DNA of 64,000 bases from Geosiphon pyriformis uo1 (lineage: Eukaryota > Fungi > Glomeromycota): contig JAAOMT010000161.1 of NCBI GenBank assembly GCA_016748015.1, forward strand, positions 1 to 64,000. Reading direction: 5' to 3'. Below are positions 25,068 to 41,854 of the stretch, piece by piece. The translations under genes were made by a program, and so were the position numbers. Position 1 is the stretch's first letter. Every line of letters begins with the position of its first letter. The notes under the pieces are model-generated. The model saw nothing but the letters and a program-made list of their open reading frames with translations, made no database searches and had not been told where the DNA came from.

Positions 25068-26823
25068 ATGATGAAACATCATCCAAAAAACGATTCTCTT
25101 CTTTATAATGATGCTTCAATCACTCCTAATAATCATCCCACGACAAATGTAACTCCTCGTTCTATTCTCGACTCCGCTGCAACTTGTACTATTGCTGCAA
25201 TTTGTGAAGCTTTTGAACAACAACAACAACAACAACAACAACAGCAACACCATCCCCACCACAATCATCAACACCAACAACACCAACAACAACAGCAGCA
25301 GCAGCAACAACAACAATTTGAACACCAACCGTTACCCCTACCACTCTCATCGATACTATTGGATGATACAACAACCACAAATTTAGAATCGATTGAACAA
25401 CAACCCCAGCATCAAATTCACGACCTTGTTAACTCTTCGACCCCTCAAGTCGCGGTTGAAGAGTTGCAGCAGAAATACAATTATTCTCCTGAATGTTTTA
25501 ACACGACACCTGCTAATACTACCCATAATCATCACCATCATAATACCCAAACTGCTGATGGGATCACCTACTCTTCCGCATCAATGATGGCACCATTCGC
25601 TATTCAGGATACACAATATTATTATTATCCTCACGAAATCTTCACCACAGCAACCACAGCTCACCATCTTCAACATCAATATCATATCGCCGAGCAACAA
25701 CAAACATACACATCCAATGCCCGTTGCTCCATTTCTAACGAATCCAATACTTGTGATCTTTCCACTCTCAATAATGATTTCTCATCCAATTCCTCAGTCG
25801 ATTTCGCCAATAATTCTTCATTAGGGGTTAAATTGGAACCTCAACACGTGTCTCCATTTGAACATGATTATAGTGTCGCGTTAACTTTGGCTAAAGAAAT
25901 GCCAATGGCTCATTTGGTCTCATATCCTCAACATTCAGGTTTGTATTTAAAACTTTTTTTTTTTTTTTTTACTTTGAATTAACTCCGAAAATCCCAACAT
26001 TTGAAAAAAATTCAAAATTCTCAATCTTTCTCTGCTTTTCTCTTCTCTTCTCATTCTCTTAGTACAAAACCCAGCTTACTCTACAAGTCTGGCCGAGTGT
26101 CTTCATATGCATCACGCTGCTGAAATGCAATCTTTCGTCGCTGGTCTTACAAACCCTGGACTCTTGGAACAATCTAAACTTGCCCCACTTTCCCCAACCT
26201 CTACAATTTCCACTCTCTCCCCTGTATCACCAATGGATGATCAACATCATCTAATCGATTTTGAAAAAGCCATTTATCCACATGATTATTATATCGATGA
26301 AGCTCTTTTTCTTCGAAAAATCGGCGCCGCTGGTCCACTCAAGGTCGAAGATGAGGCAAGCATTCTTCGTCGCAAAGCAGCCCTCTCGGATGATCTGTCA
26401 AGACGTCTTCAATTGGAAAGTTTGACTCCAATCAAGCAATCACGTAAATCAACCAAATCTTTGGCACCGTTCGCCTGTCCACATGAACATTGTCCGAAAA
26501 CTTTTACGCGTCAATACAATCTCAAATCTCACCTTCGAACGCATACCGATGAACGTCCTTTCGTTTGTAATTATCCTGGTTGTCCACGTGCTTTTGCTCG
26601 CCAACATGATCTGAAGCGACACCAAAAGTTGCATTTAGGTTTGAAACCACATGTCTGTGGCAATTGTGGACGCGCTTTCGCCAGATTGGACGCCCTTAAT
26701 CGTCACCTAAGAAGTGATAACGCCGCGCAATGTGCTCAAGCAACCTTAGCTGGCACTGTGGGAGTTGGAACAAGTTTAGCCTTAAATGTTGCGGCAAAGT
26801 ATCTTAAAAATAATGCTATATGA
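25068..26823 (+). CDS. Crz1-like C2H2 zinc-finger transcription factor, 2 exons (25068-25938, 26063-26823), 543 aa
   Basis: The GT-AG intron 25939-26062 joins the two ORFs in frame. Three C-terminal fingers carry Crz1-type helices (FTRQYNLKSHLRTHTDERPF, FARQHDLKRH, FARLDALNRH). Poly-Q/H N-terminus, SP-rich segment, and PxIxIT-like PQVAVE. Orthology is untested. Confidence 0.9.
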
Positions 26824-28023
26824 ATAAAAATAATCTGTTTTTTGTTTCACCTAATCTCTTTCAATAGTCATTTTCATAGGCATCTCTCTCTCAAAATCTT
26901 TTTCCCTTTGCATAAAAGTGCATAAAAATTCAATCACACATGCCGTGCTGATTCGAAATTTCTCCCCTTCATCATTGGCTTGGTTACGGAACAATTCCTA
27001 CCCATTTCATTTCCCTTGTGTTGAACCCTTTTTTTTTCAATCACTTTTTCCTATCCCCTGCCTTTTTTTTCTGGCTTATTTTTGTGCACTCATAAAACAA
27101 TTTAAACCCGTGATATTAACAGGCCATATCCGGTCGTTTGTTTTTTCAATTCTTTGTAAATTATTTTTCGTAGATTATAATACATTTCCACTTTTTTTAT
27201 TAGTTTTTCATTTGCTTTTTCTTTGTCTAAAAGTCTTTCCGTGTTCCAAACGGCCAATACCTTTGTAAATAGTCTGAAAACCCGTGATATTCGGGAAAAA
27301 AGATGTATCACGCCATGATCACACGGCAACATTAACATCAACACTCATCACTTGCATTGAAATCAAAAAAAAATCAAAAAACACAATTGGTTTGATACAT
27401 ACAAATCATTAATAAAAAATCGTGCTTAGATATTTATGGTAGATTTTGTATCGAGATCAAAATATACTTTGAGTTCACGTGTATTTATTTTTTAATGATT
27501 AGGACAAATGCTCTCAAAAATTCATTCCTTCATTTTTTCGACGTCTGATCGTTGTACGCGAATGATCATTGGATATAGTAAATCTTGACACACCCAGACT
27601 AATTTATCCTCAATCCGTTGGCTAATAGCTATCAACAGGTGAATAAACCCATCCAATTCTTGGGACATGTTCAATCAAAAGAGTCCCTCTGACATGATGT
27701 CTCCCAAATACCTAAACCGTCTCAGGTCGTACAATTTCTTTGGGAAAGAATTCAGCAATGGACGATACGAATAATTCATCAAGACTCTGCACCATTTTTT
27801 TTAAAAAAAGTGCCAGATTTATTAATCTATCATTTCTTCGTTCCATCTTGTAAATTGTGGAAGCTAGTGTGTAAAGGATAAAAAAAAGTAAATTGCAAAA
27901 CAACCAATTTGATTTGATTTGATTTGATTTTTTCAACATTTATCGTTTGAAACTATTAATTTTCCCCTGCATTATTGAAATTCAAAGCAAGGATCATATC
28001 CGGCTTTCCTACTCGGCACTCAC

Positions 28024-28907
28024 CGATACCCGCATTCAAAAAGCAATTTACGTTTCCAATTCACCCATCTCTCTTTGATCAAACTCCGTTTTGTCGCCGG
28101 AATATGCTCACTGATTAATGACCATGGAATAGTCTGCAAAAGATCGATTGTCTCGAGCATCGTTTGTTTCCTTTCCTCGTCTATGTGGCTTGTCCCAGAA
28201 GAATCCTTGATCCCTTTCTTTACATTACGCGAAAACGCAATAAATAACGCGTTCCCCCATATCATTTTACTACGAGCCGAGATAAGCTCAGACGGTTTCT
28301 GAAAAGATTTTGGGGCAAGTTTAAGATTTGAGAGCTTCTCTGGAGATTTGGGAATTTCTGTATGAGATTGGTCCAAGCTATCAATCAAACTAGTTTCAAC
28401 TCGAGCTGCATTCAATTCAAGATTTTCAAATGTATTCGATACTGAACTCTGTGGTCTTTTATTCATTACATTGTCATCATTTCTTGAATTATCATTCGTA
28501 ATTTCTTGAATATCCTTTGACTTTATGTTTGTGTTTTGTTTGTTGATTTTCCTTGTTAAATCACCATTGGACTTTTTGCTCCTTTTCTGAAAAAGTGGTT
28601 TGTTTTCAAGATCTTTCCATTCTAATTTCTTGCAAGTTTTTTTGAATGCATCCTCATGATAATCTGATTTCCTGCGCTTTCTCTGAGCAAGTGGTGCATC
28701 TTGAAGATTCTCAGTAACAGAGTTTTTATTCTGGTGATTTTTTTTTCTTGTAAAACCCAAGGGTTTTTTGTTCTTTTTCCTGAGAAGTGGGCGATCCTCA
28801 GAGTGTCCAATTTTCTTTGAATCTAGCTCTAATTTTGGTTCTTTTCTCAATAGGTCACTAAAACTATCGCTACTCCAACTTGAATTATCAGATTCTGAGT
28901 CTCCCAT
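28024..28907 (-). CDS. First large exon of a hypothetical protein (acidic/Ser N-terminus, Lys-rich with NLS-like RKRRK, helical C-terminal part); further exons probably extend to ~27520
   Basis: ~295-codon open frame from AAAATGG in a CpG-retaining region, with a GTGAGT donor at 28023. Downstream exon structure is ambiguous. Confidence 0.65.
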
Positions 28908-29212
28908 TTTGGTCAAGAGAATAAGAATCAACTTGATCAACGTTAATGTTTTTTCGACTAGTGGATAAAACTCTACTTTCCCCAAGATAGGTCTGACAAT
29001 TTTTTATCCGTTGATTGGGACTCATTCCTTTCCTCTTTTTAATCAGGAGCCCGCCCCCGTTTGAAGAGAAAAAGACTTGAACCATTCTATAAAACCAAGC
29101 AGAACCAATCAGATAATTCGGAGATCTTTTGATCAGCTATTCTTATTGGTGAAACGGCTTAATTGTTTCTAAAAATATTTTGATAATATAGAAATTATCG
29201 GGGATCATTCTA

Positions 29213-33431
<4,219 letters not shown>

Positions 33432-33849
33432 TATCTTGACTCTTGGCTAAAATAAAACTCAAGTCCTCGATCATAAATGATGTCATCCGCTGTAATCAAT
33501 AAATACAAAGCTCGTTTTATCGAATCCACTTTATACCGATAACATTAAATTTGCATTTTTGCGAAAATCAAGGGTTAAATGTAGTTGGGAAAGCCCAATA
33601 TTTTTTTGGTCTGAATTCAAAGTATTTATACTGTGAATATGTAAATCTCTTGGTAATCTAACGTGTGCAGTCTCATCTAGAGATGTTAATCGGTCTGTCT
33701 GGTCCCCAAGGGACGGACCGCAATTATCGTGAATCGTCCCACTTAATAATATTTAGGGTACTATAAAAATGTCAGACGCGTTTCGAATAACTCTTTTTGC
33801 CAATATGGTCTTATACAAAACTAATTGTGTATGTATTAATAAAAATTGT

Positions 33850-34910
33850 TGGTTCAAATAACACATTAGTTGATTGAAATTCAAAATAGTTACAAACATT
33901 TGTTAATATAAAAAACTCTTATACATTATATTAACAGATTAATTGACATTAGATAAAATAAAATTAGATAATTTTTTATTATAAAATTTTTTAATTTAAG
34001 TATATACAAATTAAAATATTGTAATAAACCCAATAATTTGGTATGTAGTTTTAAAAGTGTCTTTAATATTGTATTGTTACAAAAACAACATATAATTAAT
34101 CATTTAAACTAATTAAGACTATTCTAAATTAAACAAAAAAAACAAACTTTGTATTTTTATCTTGCCAATACAAAAATTTTGATAATTAATATTTTTAATA
34201 AATTTACACACTACAAATAAATAGACTTTTTGCTATTATTTATAAAGAAAACATAAAAGTTTTAAAGCATTATTAATTTATTAAAAGTGTTTTTATTTAC
34301 AAATAAAGTTTTATTATTATTATTATTATTTATTATATTATTATTACATAATTAACACTAAAATTAAAACCATATTTTTTTGTAAAACTAACAAAAATTT
34401 TGTATATATTATTTATTAAAATTATTATATTATTAATTTGTTTTTTAATTTAAAAATATTTTTTCATATTTATTTTAATATTAGATATTATTAATTAAAA
34501 ATTAATACAAAATTTAATAACAAATAAACAGTTTTTATATAAAATTTTATATTAATAAATTAATTTTTAAAAATTTTAAACAAATTATAAACTTAAATAA
34601 AAGTTTTATTAAACAAAATAAAAAAAATTTGTACTTAAAATTAAGTAATTTAAATCTTAATACTTAGAACAGTATTAATAATTAGAAATTTTTTATTAAA
34701 TAAATCTTTTTTTTTAAGTTTTAGTTTTAATATTATTATTATTTAAGCTTTTTTAAAAAGCCAAAAATAATAATAACATATTTTTAAAGCAATATTATTA
34801 ATAAAAAATTTAATTAATTTGATTTTAAAATTGTTTTTTATTAATAAATCAAAATAATATATTATATTATTATTAATTAATAAATTTAACTTAATATCAA
34901 AAAATTAACA
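33850..34910. other. Extremely AT-rich tract, probably an eroded repeat
   Basis: Abrupt loss of CpG and GC after ~33800. Confidence 0.55.
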
Positions 34911-35039
34911 AAAACTCTTTTTTTTGTTGATCCTCCAGTCACGACGAGATCATTGAGTCATCACTGAAATAGTCTTCTTTTTCCCTTTTCCCTTCAACTT
35001 TCTCCAGTTATTTCTTCAAACATTCCCCTTTTTGTAGCT

Positions 35040-37864
35040 ATGAAACCGGTGGGCTTTGTTGCTGGTGGTTCTGGGTCCATTTCGGCTGGATTGGGAACCC
35101 AGTTTGGTGTCAAAAATAAGCATTCGATTGGTCCTCAATCTCATGGTGCATCCTATAAGAAGCCGAAGAAATCTGTGGTGGTTGATGGTTTGGTGAAATT
35201 GTCTGCTAGTGTCTCGAACGTTATAGATGAAAGTAGTGACAGACCTAATATTGGACGATCGTGGGCTAGCAAAGTCAACAGTGAAGTGGACAGCATAAGT
35301 GGCATCTCAGACTTGGATAACTTGGAAAACGTTGTTGCTAAAAAAACTAGCTATGTGAAGTCGGATGTTTTGGGTTTGGATAACAACATGAACAATGCCA
35401 TGCCAAGGAAAATGTGTACCTGCATCTATGTTCTGAACAGTAAGCCACCACCTCTCTCTTTCAACATTTTAAGTGATGGTGAAGATATTTTGCCTCTTCC
35501 GAGTCCCAAATTTTATGGATCCAATCGCCTTCCTCTAGTTGAGTCACATGCACCAGAGAAACGGAATTTTAATTCGTCAAAATCATTTGCATTAGATATT
35601 GAGCTATCTGCCATTTCTGGCAAAACTAATAGTGATAAGTTAGTCTCAATCAAAAAAATTTTTTATCATGTTGATGGTTTTGGGGGGGCCTCCATTCTCT
35701 CAAAGTTCCCTGGGATTATCAGATCTACTTTCATTTCAGAAGCTAATATGAATAAGGCAAAGAGTTTGGAAGATTTTAGTTAATGATGAGCTAAGAAAAG
35801 TAAACAGTCGTTCAAATCAGGAAATTGTGGTCAAGGAGATTCTGGTCAATCTTCCCAAATTGGCTGTGAAATCAGTTTTTTCCAAGTTTGGTAAGATTGT
35901 TTATCAGATTGCAGCTAATTGGTCTATGGCAAAAGGCCTTAGTGAAGTTTGAGTCAGCTGAAATAGCTGGCATGGTTGCTTTCAAGTGGTCAGTTCTCAT
36001 GGGTAAGGATTCTGTGCGAATGGCTTTGGCAATTGAAGATAAACAATCATGGGTTTTCAAGGATCAGCATTGGGCTTTGTTGTATACTTTGTCAGTAGGA
36101 ACAACAGTCCATAATTTTTCTGATTTGTTGGAATCATATGGTGAGAAGACATATTTCATTGGTCACAATCCTGTTTCTTACATTCGCAATAGGTGTGTGA
36201 CTGTTTGTTTTGATGATGAGACAACCAGATTGGTTGCTATTGGTTCAGTTTCAGTCTTCAAGAGTGTGAATTTATGTTGGGCCAGTCTCTCTTTGGCTTG
36301 TTGTGCCAAGTGCGAACATTTTGGTCATGTTTTAGATATGTGTTCAGTTGGTGGTTTCTTTGGTGGTCATTGTTACAGATAATTATTTGGGGTCTCAAGT
36401 CAAATAACAAATCTGTAACTTGGTGCTCAAAAGTAATTTCCGTTGATGATGTTCTGAAAGTATTGTATCTGAAGGCTTTGATGGAGTCCTTTGTATAATA
36501 GACAGAGATTCAATAGTTGTTTTATCCATAGCTCTCCAGACTTGCAAGTCTGTCAATTTTTTTCTCAGCTTAGTGGCTGGCAATCTTCTAATAAGTAATC
36601 CATATCTACTGTATGTGTCTTACCTTCTCACAGGGGTCTTTTATCAAGCAATCCTTGACGTTAGTAATCTAGCACTTTATTCAATCTATTAGTGCACAAC
36701 AATAAAATCAAAGAAAACAAAAAAAGAAAATAAAAGAAAATAAAGAGAAAATAAAAGTTTGGCCAAAATGCAATTGCAAGTTAGTATTCCGTTAATAGCC
36801 GTGATTAAGAGCTATTGTTCTAGTGTAGTCAAGTAGGAATTATTATCAACATAAAGTGTTGATAGTGAACAGTAGAATTGAGATAACAAATAGTTATTTA
36901 TTCGATGATTGTGATAACTAAGTTAAGGATTCTTGGTGTCAATTCTGTCTTTTCTGCTTTTAATGCTACTGCTATATATACATATTTGAGATTCCTCAAT
37001 TCCTCAATTCTTTGTGACAGAAATCCTGGAATTTCTGGAATCCTGTGATTCCTGATGAGAGGAATCCTGAAATTCTGGAATCCTGTGATTTCTTGTCAGG
37101 GAATTCTAAAATTCCTGGAATCTTGCAATTTCTCTGAGAGGAATTCTGAAATTCCATATTTACTATGTCTACATTTGATTGGCTAATATTTACTGATTAC
37201 TAATACTATATTTCCTATATTCTATGAGTAATATTGTGGAAGAAAGATGGTGTCTGTTCATGATTAGGTTCGCTTAACAAATATATATAAGAAAAAACAT
37301 GCTCTAGTTGCTTGCCCTGTCTCTTTTGGTGGCAAGTCTTGGGCTTAGGTTGCTTTACTTGCTGTTCCTTCTGGTGCTGGTGCCCGAACTGTTTCTGGTC
37401 CTGGTGTTCTTGTGTCTGGTGCCCTTTCTGCTAGTAGATTACTGACGGAAGTTCCAAATGTTTCTTGTATTGTTGATCACCTGGCTGTATTGAAATGGTC
37501 CTTTGAGCTTTTGTCTAACCAAATGTCTGAAATAGTGCATAGACTAAATGGTGTGGATTTGGTTCCTCTGGTTCCTGTTTTTCCTGTTGTATCTTCTGTT
37601 GTCTCTGCTTCTCCTGTGGTGTTCTCTGTTCAGGACATGGCTTTGGATCCTCTATTTTCTTCTTCTTATTTCTCTTCCTCAGTTTCTGTTTTGGAGAACA
37701 TTGTTTCCGATTTAAGTTTGAGCAGTTCAAAGATTCTTACCTCCAAAGTTGGTGGGCTTGAATCTAAGTTGATGGCTCTTGATGTTGCTGTTGGTTCTAT
37801 ATTAGCAAAATTGGATCAGCTGGGTACAGGGTTAAAGTCTCCTTAACACTCTATTTCTCAATGA
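35040..37864 (+). pseudogene. LINE-2 ORF1 (split by solo LTR)
   Basis: RRM-like segments, CAKCEHFGHVLDMC knuckle, SSKILTSKVGGLESK coiled coil. Confidence 0.88.
36371..37233 (-). mobile_element. Solo LTR (family C), 863 bp, TSD TCAT/TTGT (ancestral TCGT)
   Basis: TGTTAC…GTAATA termini. Removal restores LINE ORF1 G-G-R-G-R-K. Internal GGAATCCTG tandem array (37020-37155). Strand inferred from the TATA-like tract near 36975. Confidence 0.85.
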
Positions 37865-40800
37865 CAAATCTTATCTGGAAAATAGCCACATGCAATGTCA
37901 AGGGTATGAACAATGTGGTGAAGCAAGAAGACATTGTGCATTGGCATAACTCTATGAACAATTTGGTTTTGATTTTTATGGAAATGAAGCTCAAAGGGCA
38001 TGCTCGTCTCTGGATAGCTGACAAATTCGATGGTGTTTGTGTATTTGTCTCTGGTTTGGACTCTGGTCATCTTGGTTCTGGTGTGGCAATTATAATGAAC
38101 AATTCTCTAGCCAAGCATGTGTGCAAAGTTTCTGAGATTTCCAGTCGACTTTTATCTGTTAAATTGCTCTTTAGGAATAAACTTTCTGTTTCTGTGTTAG
38201 GGCTGTATGCTGGCGCTTTTTCGGCTGCTTGTTTTTCCCAGGCCAGTGAAATTAATTCTTTTGTTGCCAAGGCTGTGAATGATTCTTTTTTTGTCATTTT
38301 TGGTGGTGATTTCAATGAAAATGGTTCTCGTAGGTGTGCTAGTTTCAAAAAGTGTTTTGACTTGGGCTTGGTCAATGCTTTGGGTAGGAGTTTGTTCTCA
38401 AAATCATTTATATGGTGTAATTCTCATGGTGTAACTAAAACAATTGATTACGTGTTCGTCTCTTCTGGTTTGGTCAATGTGATTGTAAATTGCAGTGTGA
38501 TGGATGTTGTGGAATTTTTTGATACTGATCATAAGGCTGTTTCCATTTCCATGGGTTTGGGTGGTTTGTTGAACACACGGCTCTCTGCTATGCACAAACA
38601 GGCCAACAAAGATTGTTGGAAATTTGACGTTAAAAGTGCTGATGTTTTGAAATGGGAAAAGTTTGGGGACATGTTAGCTGCCAATGCTTCTGTGTTTTTG
38701 GATAAGTTTGCTGTGGCTAAGGAATGCTCGGATTTGAATTTAATATGGGATGTCATTCATAGGATTATGGTTTTTTCCGCTAATAGAACATTAAAAAAAA
38801 ATGGTTTAAGGGTTATAATAGTGTTTTTACCAAAGTATCTTCTAAGTTTCATAAGTTGAAGTTGCTGGTTTCCAAGTTAGTGAGAGCTTCTTGTTTGGCA
38901 TCTGGTGATGTCTTTGCATCACTGTTGGAGGTATGAGATAAGCTCGACCCAGTCAGTGCCTCGGCAACAAAATTGGTCTTTTTTTCAGGTGCTAATTTTG
39001 ATGCTGTTTGGTCTGTGCTGGCTAAAGCAAGGAAATTTTATCACTCCTTCAAGCTTCTGGAATCCAAGCGTGCAGAGGAGTTCCAGATCAGACAGGCTAT
39101 TACCAGGCATATGAAGAGCTTTGTATTAAACAAAGGTCATACTATCAGGAGTGTGTTAGAACATCTCTTTCATAAGGTGGTATTAGACCATCTGGTGGTC
39201 AGTGATGAGCTGGTTTTGGAGCCTGAGTTGGTGAAATCTAGGGTAGATGTGGTTATGGAGGGCTGGACATGGACACATGAGGTGGTCTCTAATATGTCTG
39301 ATGTTTGGGTTTATCAATATCAACCTCTGGATTACGTTTTTGATAGTGCTTTCTCTAATGTTATGTGCTCAATCAGCTTTGATGAGATGTCTATGGTCAT
39401 TTTAGATTTACCTGATGGGAAGATGGCCAGTCTCTCTGGTATTTCAAATAAATTGTGGAAGCACTGTGACAAATTGGTTTTGGATATGCTGTCGGTTCTT
39501 TTGAACTCTTGTTTGGTTTGTGAATTGGTCCCTGGACTTTGGAAGAAAGCTTGGGTTTCCATGATTCCTAAACCTTACAAATGGAAGGGTGTTTTCACGA
39601 ATACTTGTCCTATTGCTTTAATTAAAACAGCCTACAAGGTTCTGTTCAAGATTTTGTTAGATAGGATTTCTTTGGTTTGTAGCAAGTTTGACGTTTTGTG
39701 TGGAGACAATTTCTCGGTTTTGAAGAGTATGACAACACAGTTTCCGATCTTTGCCATTGGTTTTGTGATTGAGAATGCCTTGGAGAAGAACCATAAACTA
39801 TGGTTGGTTTTGCAAAACATGCACAAAGCCTATGATTCTGTTAGTTGGGAGCACCTTAGGAGGAGTTTGGTTAAGATCAAGATGTATGACAGTTTTATTA
39901 AGTTCTTTGGCTTCATCTACAATGGTCACACTAACAGGGTGATGACAAATTTCAGTTTGACAGATGGATATTATGTGCATGATGGCTTGGATCAAGAAGA
40001 AGTTTTCTTGCTGCTTTTGTGGCACATATTTTATGATTCACTTCTTTGTGAGGTTAAGAGGCAGGAGGCTGTATGTGGCTATAGATTAAATTTTTATTTC
40101 GTTTTCAAAACTGGCCAGGTGGAATCTCAAGCTGGACTGACATCATTTCTGGCCACTGGTGCTTTTGTTGATAATACGATTTGGATAGGCAATAGCCAGT
40201 CAGCTACTCAACACATTCTCAATGTCGCTAGTGATTTCTTCAGGATTAATGACATTTTAATAAATAATAAAAAAACTGTGGCCATCCTTATTAACTGTTG
40301 GGTAGTGAACTCTACTCTTAATATCAGTGGCTTGCCTATCTCTGTTGCTAAAAAGGGGGAACCTCATTATTATTTGGGAATTTTTCTTTCTTTTGAAGGT
40401 TTGTCTAGGCCTAGCTTGGTTAGAGCGCATTTAGATGTTTGGTTTTTTACCAATCTTGTCTTGAAAAAAGCAATTTCAGATAAACAATTTGCATATTTAG
40501 TGTCAGCAGTTCTTGTTCTTATTGTCAGTTACAGGACTCAGTTCAGTTTTGTCCCTACTAATGTGTGCAACAAATGAGATGCTCTCATTCACAAGAGTTT
40601 GAAATCTAAGTCTGGTCTGCCTCTCAATTTTCTCAATGATGCACTTTATCACCTTTCTTTATATAGTTTAAAAACATTCGAGCAGATTCAGGCTGAAAGT
40701 AAATCAGCTTCTATTGTTTTTTTTGCAAATTTGGTTGGTGTTTTGGGTTGGTTGTTTTCTCACAGATCTCATGATCTCCAGGTTCTCAGCTGGTGCCCAT

Positions 40801-41854
40801 GACATCTGTTACTATTTCTGACTTGTTGTTACCAGACAAAATTAGAGATATTATTTAGCATGAAATTATCTTATAATTCCTATCATTAATTAGCATATAT
40901 TATCATTTTAAATGATCACTTATTATATTAGCAAAATGTCCGAAATTATCATTTAATTAATAACCCAAATTGTACACAATACCAATGTAACCTAATTGCA
41001 ATGATCAATCATGCAATACTCCAAACTATGTAACATTCAAAAAGTTCGCCGAAATTTGTAAAAATTCGCCGAAATAATTGATAGTTCACCGAAATATCTA
41101 ATAGTTCGCCGAAATAACTTATAGTTTGCCAAAATGTATCTTTAGTTCAGCGAAATTGTAGAAAATAGCAAAGTTTGAGTTCATAGAATAGTGTTACGAC
41201 AAGTTGTATAAAAGAAGAGCTTCTCTCTTTGAGAAAATGTATCTTACTTTAGATTTATCTTCTACAAACCATTTCTATACACACAAAAAGAAATAAATAT
41301 CAAATAATTTAAAAAACCAAATTCTCTAAATTATTGTACTTGGAAAATTCCCAAAACCCAACTAACATTTCAAAATTGATTAGCTACCAATTTCAGTAAA
41401 CTGTTAGTGACTCCAGGCCTGGATAGAAAACGTTTTTCTTGATAAAATTCTTATTTCTTTTTACATTTCTTTTATTTTCTTTTATTTTTCTTATTACAAT
41501 CATTAAGGTAGCCTACAGACAAGATTCCTGTAGAAGAATTGACTTTCACAGCAAAGTAACTACACATTTTTAGTGAACTTCCAGACGAACAATTCCTGGG
41601 AAAGAGTTGACATTTACTACAACATAACTACATAAAGTAACTGGCAAGGAATTGGCCATTCCACTTATAAGCCCAGCAGTTCAAATTATAGGAGATAATT
41701 TGAAGATAAATTCAGTTACTGGAGGTTCAACCACATCCAGAAAACGTGAATTCACAGCAAATAAGTATCAACAACATTACAGAAAAGAGACCAAAAACCT
41801 CTGGTAACATTTGGTGCTCTCCCATGGAAATAACACAGCAAAAACAAATTCAAA

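Noticed and set aside
26918-27344. ORFs of 116 aa (+) and 80 aa (-) after the Crz1-like stop
   Set aside because: T-rich 3' UTR-like sequence, non-ATG starts, no motifs.
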